64,000 nucleotides of DNA from Mobula hypostoma (Eukaryota), in contig NC_086108.1 in NCBI RefSeq assembly GCF_963921235.1, forward strand, positions 23,994,001 through 24,058,000, in the 5' to 3' direction. The stretch's first letter is position 1, and the number at the start of each line of letters is the position of its first letter. Positions 52,823-63,715 of the stretch are shown piece after piece. Under the pieces are notes generated by a model, which saw only the letters and a list, made by a program, of their open reading frames with translations, made no database searches and was not told the origin of the DNA. The position numbers were made by a program, and so were the translations under genes.

Positions 52823-54452
52823 GTGTGTTATTTGCCTGATTACTCCATGTGGTCCCATTATCCTCAGTCTAAATGTCCTTCGGGTATAGAAGCTTTTCCT
52901 AAAGTAGCTACTAGATTAATTAGTGACTAAATTCTATATAGGGGCCCTAATTGTAGTTTCCACCCAACATAACATTCTCACTGTGTTTATCTTTTCAACA
53001 TTTTAAGAGCTCCATTAGTTCACTCCCTGGCCTTGCTTTTTGTTTTTATTTCCAAGAATTATAATCACTTCTTTCTGGTATTATCCTTCTGAATACTTTT
53101 ATTCTGCACGTTTCCATTGCTCTGCATCATTTTTTTTTAAAGATCACACCATGCAGGACACACTGTTGACTTTCTGAGCTCTAGGCCTTCATACAATTTG
53201 GTAAAACCGCTGTGTCTCACACCTGTTGCTACGGAGATGAAACTATGCACTTAGTTATCATATGTTATGCTTTTTTCATTTGGTGATACATTTCACCATT
53301 TTCGTATACTTGTAAGCCCTAGCTTCCTTTGCCTCTTAAACAAATTTTAACCTTATTTTCTAAGAATCATAAAACTTCCTGTACTCTCTCAAATTGAGCT
53401 TAATCCAGTTTAAATCATGCCAATATGCAGATCAGCTTGGCAACACCAGTACTCAAGTTGCAGTCAAGCCGTACATAATCACATGGGATTTAATTTTTCA
53501 AAACTCTTTAGATTCTGGATTAGTTCCTGAGGATTGGAGGGTGGCTAATGTAACCCCGCTCTTTAAAAAAGGAGGGAGAGAGAAACCGGGGAATTATAGA
53601 CCGGTAAGCCTGACATGGGTGGTGGGGAAAATGCTAGAGTCAGTTATCAAAAATGTGATAACAGCACATTTGGAAAGCGGTGAAATTATCGGACAAAGTC
53701 AGCATGGATTTCTGAAAAGAAAATCATGTCTGACGAATCTCATAGAATTTTTTGAAGATGTAACTATAGAGTGGAGAGGAGAGAACCAGTGGATGTGGTA
53801 TACAGTATTTGGATTTTCAAAAGGCTTTTGACAAGGTCCCACACAGGAGATTAGTGTGCAAACTTAAAGCACACGGTATTGGGGGCATGGTATTGATGTG
53901 GATAGAGAATTGGTTAGCAAAGACAGGAAGCAAAGAGTGGGAATAAACGGGACCTTTTCAGAATGGCAGGCGGTGACTAGTGGGGTACCGCAAGGCTCAG
54001 TGCTGGGACCCCAGTTGTTTACAATATATATTAATGTCTTAGACGAGGGAATTAAATGCAGCATCTCCAAGTTTGTGGATGACACGAAGCTGGGCAGCAG
54101 TGTTAACTGTGAGGAGGATGCTAAGAGGATGCAGGGTGATTTGGATAGGTTAGGTGAGTGGGCAAATTCATGGCAGATGCAATTTAATGTGGATAAATGT
54201 GAGGTTATCTACTTTGGTGGCAAGAACAGGAAAACAGATTATTATCTGAATGGTGGCCGATTAGGAAAAGGGGAGGTGCAACAAGACCTGGGTGTCATTG
54301 TACACCAGTCATTGAAAGTGGGCATGCAGGTACAGCAGGTGGTGAAAAAGGTGAATGGTATGCTGGCATTCATAGCAAGAGGATTCGAGTACAGGAGCAG
54401 GGAGGTACTACTGCAGTTGTACAAGGCCTTGGTGAGATCACACATGGATATT

Positions 54453-54486
54453 GTCCTGACGAAGGGTCTTGGCCTGAAACGTCGAC
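54453..54486 (+). ncRNA. Minimal type-I hammerhead ribozyme motif in a Penelope pseudo-LTR
   Basis: The motif is GTC-CTGACGA-AGGGTCTTGGCCT-GAAAC-GTC^GAC: core CUGANGA and GAAA, stem II AGG/CCU, palindromic ACGU stem III, stem I GUC/GAC. Predicted cleavage is after 54483. Activity is untested. Confidence 0.72.
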
Positions 54487-54584
54487 TGCACCTCCTCCTA
54501 GAGATGCTGCCTGGCCTGCTGCATTCACCAGCAACTTTTATGTGTGTTGCTTGAATTTCCAGCACCTGCAGAATTCCTGTTGTC
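54455..54584 (+). mobile_element. 130-bp hammerhead-bearing Penelope pLTR insertion
   Basis: A 10-bp TSD TGGATATTGT lies at 54445-54454 and 54585-54594, inside the CR1 RPHLEYC codons. Confidence 0.9.
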
Positions 54585-55406
54585 TGGATATTGTGTGCAG
54601 TTTTGGTCCCCTAATCTGAGGAAAGACATTCTTGCCATAGAGGGAGTACAAAGAAGGTTCACCAGATTGATTCCTGGGATGGTAGGACTTTCATATGATG
54701 AAAGACTCGATCGACTAGGCTTATACTCTCTGGAATTTAGAAGATTGAGGGGGGATCGATTGAAACGTATAACATTCTAAAGGGATTGGACAGGCTAGAT
54801 GCAGGAAGATTGTTCCCGATGTTGGGGAAGTCCAGAATGAGGGGTTACAGTTTGAGGATAAAGGGAAGCCTTTTAGGACTGAGATGAGGAAAATCTTCAC
54901 ACAGAGCGTGGTGAATCTGTGGAATTCTCTGCCTCAGGAAACAGTTGAGGCCAGTTCATTGGCTATATTTAAGAGGGGGTTAGATATGGCCCTTGTGGCT
55001 AAAGAGATCGTGGGTATGGAGAGAAGGCAGGTACATGGTTCTGAGTTGGATGATCAGCCATGATCGTACTGAATGGCAGTGCGGGCTCAAAGGGCCGAAT
55101 GGCCTGCTTCTGAACATATTTTCTATGTTTCTATGTTAATGGTCAGGAAGTCATACAAAAACACTGCGAAGAATATTGGAGCAGATGAGAAAATAAGTGT
55201 TTAGCTCACACCTCTTCCTGCGCTCTCTTTATAATTCGAGAGTATTCCATTGGATGCCCAGCAGTGTTCTGCCATGTCACTGCTGGCTCCAACATCATTC
55301 CTGCTTCCTTTGTGTGAAGGAAACTTTAAAGGTGAAAATGGTTGTGGTCTCACTGTTAGAGATCATTCTGGGTTATGAAATTATGGGTAGCATAATTATG
55401 AATTAA

Positions 55407-56090
55407 GATCAGAAGATATGAGCAGAATTAGGCCATTTGGCCCATCGAGTCTGCTCCAGCATTTCATTATGGCTGATCTATTTTCCCTCTCAACTCCAAT
55501 CTCCTGCCTTCCCCCTGTATCCCTTCATGCCCTGACTAATCAAGGATCAATCAACCTCGACCTTAACTATACCCAATGACTTGGCCTTCACAGCCATCTG
55601 TGGCAATGAATTCCACAGACTCACCACTCTCTGGCTAAAGAAATTCCTCCTCATCTCTGTTCTAAATGGACATATCTCTATTCTGAGGCTGTACCTTCTG
55701 GTTTTACACTCCCCCACCATAGGAAACATCCTCTCCACATCCACACTATGGAGGCATTTCAACATTCAATAGGTTTCAATGGGATCCCCTCCCCCTGCCC
55801 CCACACTCATTCTTCTAAACTCCAATGAGTACAGGTCAAGATCCATTAATGATAAGAACATAAGAAATAGTACAACATAAGGAGCAGGAGTAGGCCATCT
55901 AGTCCGTCGAGCCTGCTCCGCCATTCAATAGCTGACCTGACCATGAACTCATCCCCACCCATCTGCCTTTTCCCCATAAACCTTAATTCCCCTCCTCATA
56001 AGATAAGCCTATCAATCCCAGAATTATTTTTGTAAAACGTACTTGAACCCTCTCCAATATCAGCATATCCTTCCTTAGATAAGGGGCCCC
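55407..56090 (-). mobile_element. CR1 LINE 3' fragments (two tails)
   Basis: Translates to VDVERMFPMVGE...RNFFSQRVVSLWNSLP. A second ataagaac-type tail starts at about 55850. Confidence 0.85.
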
Positions 56091-56112
56091 AAAAGACTGG
56101 TTCTTATTTTAA

Positions 56113-57752
56113 CCCTTACATACTGTTCAGATTTTATACCTTCCCACTATGGTCAGGGTCAATTTTGACCCTAGCCCAAGAATCCCCCTATAACAAGGGT
56201 CTATACCAAATTTTGAGCCACTGATGTATTTACAATGTCAAAATAGCCTATCTGACATTAATAAAAGTGTGATTAATCCTTAATTAATGTATCAGAGATG
56301 AGGGACAGTGTATTTTTTAGGTTTTGCACCACTCGCCATTGGAGAAAAAACATACAGTCACACAATATAATGTCCTATTTTACCTAAGACATGAAAACAT
56401 AACAGCCATAAAGAATTAAATATATTTTATTGAAACTGAAAATGGCAAGAACATTCTGGAACTGTGGGGTTTATTATATAACCATTACAACCAGCAAACA
56501 CTGTCCTCACTGCTATATCATTAAAAAAATCCTACTACCTACTATCTAATTATAACCATTAACTATTAATTCAACATTAAATAACATTTAACCAACAAGC
56601 TAAACAAAAAAGTAGTTGCTATTTACAAACTAGTCCTTGCATTCAAAGCCGTAGTGGGAAACCTTGCGTGTGTGGCCCTTGCATATGAGTCTACCACATT
56701 TGCTGCAAGTAGCCGATGTTTTGCAGTCATTCTTTGCAGGGCAGAAGTTGCATTTCCTTCTTGTTGAGCAGGACCAGGTTCAGATTGCTGCACTGCCCTT
56801 CCCACTGCTGCTGAGAATGCTGCGCGGGGAAGGTGTTCTCGCCTTTGCATAGAAGGAGTCACAAGGGCCTTTCTAAGCTCCTCCAAAAAGAACCTCCTCC
56901 AGTTTCTCTTGCTTGCCCTCCAGGTAGGGCTCAGGTCACTCTGGATGACAAAGGCATTGTAAGTGGAAATGTCAATGATGTTACCAAATATAGCGAGAGG
57001 CCAGTGGGCTGTTCTCCTCTTGCAGCTGTATGTGCCTGTAACTTTGTCAAGGTTGTCAACCCCCCCTTTGTTGGCATTGTAGTCCAGGATGCTGGCTGGT
57101 CTTCTGCCCCCTGATCACGTACCTCTGCAGCCTTATGTAGAGTGCTCATGAGGATCTCATTCTTGTTCTTCTTTGCCATATACAACATAACTATGGTGTC
57201 ATGGGTGAACACAAACTTAGAAGACAAGACGTCTCTCCCCCTTCTTTCAGTCAGAGGAGGTGGCAGCTCCAGCTTGTTCTGCCTCACAGTACCCACCATT
57301 GTGATTTTCTCCTTTAGGAGTGCCTGACCAAGCTCATGAGATGTGAAGAAGTTGTCACAGGTCACGCTGTGTTCTTTCAGCCCTTCTGTCATGTCCAACA
57401 CGACGCGCATACCATGCTTTCTCTCCGGGCCTCCCACAGCTGGCTTCCCAGTATACACTTGCATATTCCAAGCATAACTGGAACGCGCATCACAGGCTGC
57501 CCATATCTTTATCTCATATTTCCCTGGCTTGCAATCAGTATGGGTAAACTTTGACCCGGAACATCTTCAGTGTTGCAAAAATCGTAGCACCTGTACAAAA
57601 GTTTAATTTTTAAAAATTTTTTCATTTTTGCTTATTTTGGGTCACTTTAGGAAAAGTCATAACAATTTGGCAGGAAAAAATGGCATTTAGGGAGTTATCA
57701 CTGTGGTCAAAGGTCAAAAAGGGTCAAAATTGACCCGAACAGTATGTAAGGG
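56113..57752 (-). mobile_element. piggyBac internal-deletion element (PGBD4-like transposase remnant)
   Basis: TTAA lies at 56109-56112 and 57753-57756, and the perfect 16-bp TIR is CCCTTACATACTGTTC. A subterminal gggtcaa(t/a)(t/a)ttgaccc palindrome occurs at both ends. The transposase remnant (MQVYTGK...TCDNFFTS...VGTVRQNK) is frameshifted and lacks its N-terminal half. Confidence 0.95.
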
Positions 57753-58369
57753 TTAACAAAAGTGAGAACCAGTCTTCAGGAAATAAAACTTGTACACAGC
57801 CTAACTTCCAATGAAACCAATTATTCTGATTCTGTCCCATTGAAACGGCACAGGGGAAGACAATAGATGTATGTTCCTACCATTCACACATTGTGAATGA
57901 TGTATCGATGCCTTCAGTACTGTAACAAAAGGGGTATATTTGGAGTGTCTGTCTTTTGGAACACCAGTATTGAAAATTCAAAGAGGTTCCGCTAGTTGGG
58001 ATGTGCTACAGTTGCAAACATGCAATTCTGTAAATTTACTTGAATATACGCCAGATATTAAATTACAGCATTTGAAACTATCGGTAATTGGTTATTGTTA
58101 CCTTTCTGTTGAAGAATACTAAAACATTGTGTCAAAAGCGTAAAGTACTCTTGGGTTCTCCTGGATGCTTTTTTTCTCCTCTGTAAATAAAGACTTCTTT
58201 GTTTCCCAGTTACCTTTTCCATGTGTCTCAGTTTAAGTCACACTCACTGTTTGTGTTTCCTGGTCTTGATGCCTCCTCTGAGTCCATCCGGCCTCATACT
58301 TGCAGACCATATTGTGACATAGGAGAGCTGTTGCCTCATAGCTCCACTGACCCAAGTTTAATCCTGACT

Positions 58370-58998
58370 TCAGGTGCTGCCAGTTTACCAACCCAGAAAG
58401 CCCATAGCCTTGTCAAAGCTGGAGTCCAACATCAGTCTCAGTCTGGGTCATCAAACAGGCTTTCTCGTCATGGCATCTGACTGGCAACTGAAAGTCGATC
58501 TTGGCAAGCAATTAAAGTACCTTGTCTTCATTGCATCATCATCCCTGAGGCCTGACATGGTCCTTCTGTCAGAAACCTCAAAGCAGGTGGTCATGGTAGA
58601 ACTGACAATTCCTTGCTAAGATTCAGGAGGTGTTTGAACGTAAGAAAGCCAAATACCAGGAGCTGGTAGAGCACTGCAAGGGACAGGGCTCGCGGGCAGG
58701 ATGTGAGTTTGTAGAGGTGGGATGTAGACATTTTTGCTGGCTGCTCACTGTGCAGAACCTACTCTCTCCTAATCATTATTGGGGTTGTAAAGAAAAGAGC
58801 CATCAGGATGTCGCATAGGCCGCTGAGTGAGCCTCCAGACAGCTACAGATCAAGAGATGTGATCCGTGGACTAATGCTGTTGAGACACAAGCCATGGCCT
58901 GATCAACCCTGGCTGGATCACCCGGGCGAGGGTGTTTGATGTCGAAAGACCCAAGACACCCAATAACCCCAAGTTACATCACTGATGATGTATCTCAG
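58370..58998 (+). mobile_element. Hero-clade (restriction-like endonuclease) non-LTR retrotransposon 3' end
   Basis: Translates to DWQLKVDL...LRPDMVLLS...VELTIP...ERKKAKYQEL...VEVGCR, a PD-(D/E)xK-type endonuclease. The 3' end reads acatcactgatgatgt. Confidence 0.8.
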
Positions 58999-59002
58999 CA
59001 TC

Positions 59003-59270
59003 ATGTGGAGTTTGCATGTCTCCTTGTGACCATGCAGGTTTCCCTTGGGTGATCTAGTTTTGTCACATATCCCAAAGGCAAATAGCTTAGTAGATTAATC
59101 AGTCACTGTTGATTACCCTCAAAGTGTAGAACAGTGATAGAATCTAGGAGAGAGTTGATGGGAATGTACGGACAATAAAATAGGTTAGGGTAGGATTAGT
59201 GTAAAAATGGCCATCTGATGGCTAGAATTTACCTAGCAGGCTGAATGGACTGTTCCTGTGTTCTATTTCT
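59003..59270 (+). mobile_element. V-SINE (HE1-like) with CR1-like tail
   Basis: The V-domain reads tgtggagtttgcatgtctcc.tgtgaccatgcaggtttcc, and the tail reads ggctgaatggactgttcctgtg. Confidence 0.65.
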
Positions 59271-60599
59271 CCAATAGTGAACCAACCTGACGAGAATTCC
59301 CTTTATTCCTTCCCACTTTCCTCTGGAAGTTGCAGGCCCTGCAGAGGTACCACTATGCCTTAAAATTCTCTCCAGCACTTCACCTAACTGAATCTTTTCA
59401 GGATAAGTGACTGCAGACTGAAACTTCCTGTGGGAGAAACGTGATCCAAAATAATCCTAACCCTGTGTCTCCTACCCTCAGGAGCACCCGAGGCATGAGA
59501 GTACAAATACATTTTCAAAAAGACTTCACTGGTTTGAGAGAGGAAAGGGGATTTCTGGGTGATCTCTCTTTTCCTTTGCTCAGGATTCCATGAGCAATTC
59601 AAGAAGTTTAATCAATTCTCCTGACCAGATCAATCGGCTAAGCAAGGATAAAACATTGAGCACCTGGATACTTAATGATTTATTTGCAGATTTTTTTCAA
59701 TGTTATGTAAGGTGGTGTCTTTACAGCAGAACTAACGTGGGTGCAGTCCTGAGAAAGTCATGCTTTTGGTCTGAAGACTAGTACTCCAGAATTCAATGCA
59801 CAAGGGGAAATTACATTTTATCTTTTTGCATGAAAAATAATGCAGGTTTACTATGCTTGTAAATGACTTAATAAAACTGAATTTAAATGATTTGGTGCTT
59901 CCTTCTTTCACTTTATATTCACAACCAGTGAGACACTGTGAGATTCACAGCTCCCTTTCCAGTCAGAAATATCCGTGTCTTTTCCAGTGCAGTGTCCCAG
60001 CACAAAGCGCTATTTCTCCCAAGCTTATAGTAACTGCAGGTGCTTTTACATCTCATTATGTACTTAGTAAGATGGATCAAATGAATTGCTGAAACAGAGT
60101 GAAATGAAGTATTTGGAACAGATGGAATCATGGTGTAGGAGAAGACTACACTTTTAATTGCTTACTGTACTGCTGGACTTGGCTCAACGAGCTATGCCTT
60201 TTATAACCACAGACAAGCTTAAAAACCACTAACCCAGATACCTTTTATACATTTTTCTTGTGTAAAGCCTCCTTTGTACTTTCAACTTCCATTTGATCTA
60301 AAGACTTGATGTGTAACTAAATGACTAAAATTACTTCCCTTATAGTCTGAAATAAAATTCCATTCCTCTGAACTATGTGTTCAGGCTTTGTAAGAAATTA
60401 ACTTTAAAGGTTACTTTATAAACATTTTATTCAGTTTCTGAATTGATTTTTCTCTCATTGACAGAGTTAACATACAGGAGAAGACACAGTACATAAAAAC
60501 TCATGCAACACATAAAAACTCATGCAACACATACAGAAGGAAATAATTAAATGGACATAATGCTTCTCATGAATAAAAGTGCATCACGCCAAAGACATA

Positions 60600-60850
60600 C
60601 ATACAATATGTAATCAATGTTAATAAGGCCATCCAGTTTGCTCACAGCAAGTCCAAAAACCCTCAGTGAGGAAACAGGTGATCTATCTCAAGTGATGCTG
60701 GTTGAAAGATTAGGTCTTGGCTCAGCTCTCAGAAGACTTCCCTACTGCTTCGAGAAAATGCCACTGCATCTTTCACAGGTTAAATCAGGCTTCAATTTCA
60801 TATCCTAGTTTCAAAATGGCACCTTTACCAGTGTGGCATATTCAATTTTA
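60600..60850 (-). mobile_element. Ancient Deu-domain SINE remnant
   Basis: The reverse complement resembles the Deu core (cactggtaaaggtgccattt...aaagatgcagtggcattttctcgaag...caaccagcatcact). Confidence 0.45.
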
Positions 60851-60978
60851 CATCATCTCATGATAAGATCCTGACAATACAAATTTTGGGAAAAGGAAAA
60901 TGACATAGCTCACGGGAGGAATGGAAGGTTACCCATTTACTATATGTGACAATGAGGTCCAGCAGTGATGCTGCCTAC

Positions 60979-61083
60979 CTGTAGAAAGTGTGCGTTGGTT
61001 GAGCTTTACACGGTATTGGGTTGATTTCAGCTTCCAATGCTGTACCATCGGATACCCTGCCACTTCACTGAAGTTCACCATTC
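60979..61083 (-). CDS. ASTN1: Astrotactin (ASTN1-like) internal coding exon, 105 nt, phase 1-1
   Basis: The minus strand reads ttcttgtcttttgcAG|GA ATG GTG AAC TTC ... TCT ACA G|GTaggc, translating to (G)[34 protein letters not shown]. This resembles the astrotactin segment NFSEVSGYPVLQHWKVRS as I recall it. It has a polypyrimidine tract and canonical splice sites, and its phase is compatible with the exon at 6310-6498. It is absent from the ORF track. Confidence 0.93.
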
Positions 61084-61639
61084 CTGCAAAAGACAAGAAC
61101 AGAAGCAGTGTAAAATTTCTTTCTTTTCCAATCTTTTTATTAATATCAAAATGTTAAACATAACATAGTATTAATACAAAGCTATTGGGATTTCATTGTT
61201 AATAATTAGCATATATAAGTATAAACTCAGTTAACACATGGATATTAAACCTCCCAAAATCTTACAGAATACGAATATAAGAAAAAAAATGCAGAAGTAA
61301 CATAGAAAAAGAAGAGAAAAAAAAACAAAGTACCCCAAAATAAAAACTAATCTAAACAATACTAATCAACCAAACTAAAGAAAAGGACATGGGTTTTTGT
61401 GTCACGTCAAATAGAAACATTAGTATCATTAAGTCCGCTCCTCTCTCCATATATTTGAAAGTAATAGAATAGGTTTGGAAAAGGTAGCAGTTTAAAATTT
61501 CATTTATAGGAAGTACATCAAACAGTTTAGCATTCCTTTATTATCAACATTCCCCTTGAACAGTATTCTGCAGTGTAAACCTGAAATACAACAGGACTTT
61601 ATATGCTGACACCATTGTTGGCCGAATCAAATGTGGTGA

Positions 61640-63715
61640 TCAATCAGCATCTAGGAGGGAGACTGGAAATCAGGCTGAGTGGCGCCACAACAGCAATCTC
61701 TCACTCAATGTCAGCAAGACCAAGGAGATGATTACTGACTTCAGGAGGATGAAAGCAGAGGTCCTTGAGCCAGCCCTCATTGGTGATCAGAGGTGGAGAG
61801 GATCAGTATCTTTACATTCCTCAGTGTTATCATTTCAGAGGACCTGAACTGGGCCCAGCACATAAGTGCAATTACGAATAAAGCACGGCAGCACCTTTGC
61901 TTCCTTAGGAGTTTGTGAAGATTGAGCAAGTCATCTAAACTTTTGACAAGCTTCGATAGATGTGTGGTATTGACTGGCTGCATCACTGCCAAGTATGGAA
62001 ACACCAATATCCTTCAATGGAAAATCGTATAAGAATTAGTGGGTACAGCTCAGTCTATCACAGGTACAGCCCTTCCCACCATTCAGCAGTTCAACAGAAA
62101 ACGCTGTCACAGGAAAACAACATCCATCATCAGGGACTCCCCCCACCCGGGCCATGCTCTTTTATCACTGCTGCCATCAAGACTCACACCAACAGGTTCA
62201 GCAACAGTTATTATCATTCAATTGTGAGGTTCGATTTTCAAAAGGCTTTTGACAAGGTCCCACACAGGAGATTAGTGTGCAAACTTAAAGCACACTGTAT
62301 TGGGGGTAAGGTATTGGTGTGGGTGGAGAATTGGTTAGCAGACAGGAAGCAAAGAGTGGGAATAAACGGGACCTTTTCAGAATGGCAGGCGGTGACTAGT
62401 GGGGTACCACAAGGCTCAGTGCTGGGACCCCGGTTGTTTACAATATATATTAATGACTTGGATGAGGGAATTAAATGCAGCATCTCCAAGTTTGCGGATG
62501 ACACGAAGCTGGGCGGCAGTGTTAGCAGTGAGGAGGATGCTAAGAGGATGCAGGGTGACTTGGATAGGTTGGGTGAGTGGGCAAACTCATGGCAGATGCA
62601 ATTTAATGTGGATAAATGTGAAGTTATCCACTTTGGTGGCAAAAATAGGAAAACAGATTATTATCTGAATGGTGGCTGATTAGGAAAAGGGGAGGTGCAA
62701 CGAGATCTGGGTGTCATTATACACCAGTCATTGAAAGTGGGCATGCAGGTACAGCAGGCGGTGAAAAAGGTGAATGGTATGCTGGCATTTATAGCGAGAG
62801 GATTCGAGTACAGGAGCAGGGAGGTACTACTGCAGTTGTACAAGGCCTTGGTGAGACCACACCTGGAGTATTGTGTGCAGTTTTGGTCCCCTAATCTGAG
62901 GAAAGACATCTTTGCCATAGAGGGAGTACAAAGAAGGTTCACCAGATTGATTCCTGGGATGGCAGGACTTTCATATGAAGAAAGACTGGATGAACTGGGC
63001 TTGTACTCGTTGGAATTTAGAAGATTGAGGGGGGATCTGATTGAAACGTATAAGATCCTAAAGGGATTGGACAGGCTAGATGCAGGAAGATTGTTCCCGA
63101 TGTTGGGGAAGTCCAGAACGAGGAGTCACAGTTTGAGGATAGAGGGGAAGCCTTTTAGGACCGAGATTAGGAAAAACTTCTTCACACAGAGAGTGGTGAA
63201 TCTGTGGAATTCTCTGCCACAGCATACTGTTGAGGCCAGTTCATTGGCTATGTTTAAGAGGGAGTTAGATATGGCCCTTGTGGCTACAGGGGTCAGGGGG
63301 TATGGAGGGAAGGCTGGGGCGGGGTTCTGAGTTGGATGATCAGCCATGATCATAATAAATGGCGGTGCAGGCTCGAAGGGCCGAATGGCCTACTCCTGCA
63401 CCTATTTTTCTATGTTTATTCAGTCCATCACTGAACTGTTTCCATAACCTATTGACTCACTTTCAAGGACTCTTCATCTCACGTTTGCGATATTCATTGT
63501 TAATTTATTTATTATTATTAATATTTCAATTTTTTCTTTTGTATTTGCATAATTTGCCCTTTGCACACTAGTTGTCCACCCTGTTAATGCATTCTTTTAT
63601 TGATTCTATTATCGTTATTGGATTTATTGAATATACTCGCAAGAAAAGGAATCTTGGGGTTGTATATGGTGATATATATGCACTTTGAAAATAAATTTAC
63701 TTAAAACTTTGATTT
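61640..63715 (+). mobile_element. Rex1/Babar-type LINE 3' part, split by a CR1 insertion
   Basis: RT C-terminal remnants at 61640-62225 include SIIRDSPHPGHALLSLLPS. The UTR resumes at about 63425 and ends aataaatttacttaaaactttga. Confidence 0.8.
62231..63416 (+). mobile_element. Young CR1 LINE, 5'-truncated, nearly intact RT frame
   Basis: The frame DFQKAFDKVPH...KFADDT...GVRGYG has a single TGA at 62677-62679 (CGA in the 53483 copy). It ends with a ttctatgt tail. Confidence 0.96.

Larger units (their letters stand above)
53483..55136 (+). mobile_element. CR1 LINE, 5'-truncated, interrupted by a 130-bp Penelope-derived insert
   Basis: RT motifs include NYRPVSLT, QHGF and SGVPQGSVLGP, with a (ttctatgt) tail. 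Very similar to 62231-63416. Confidence 0.95.
6499..60978 (-). other. ASTN1: 54,480-nt GT-AG intron of the astrotactin gene
   Basis: Donor GT at 60978-60977 and acceptor AG at 6500-6499. The two flanking exons give a contiguous astrotactin peptide (...[16 protein letters not shown]...). Confidence 0.88.

Noticed and set aside
53898..54554. CR1 RT with an unusual C-terminus
   Set aside because: The tail is translation of the 130-bp Penelope insert.
56931..57464. Domesticated PGBD4-like host gene
   Set aside because: It is frameshifted, lacks its N-terminal half, and is still bounded by TIRs and TTAA.
60491..60533. 19-bp tandem duplication acataaaaactcatgcaac x2
   Set aside because: An ordinary slippage duplication with no further structure.
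61960..62679. 239-aa novel ORF
   Set aside because: It is a chimeric read-through from an off-frame Rex1/Babar fragment into CR1 RT.
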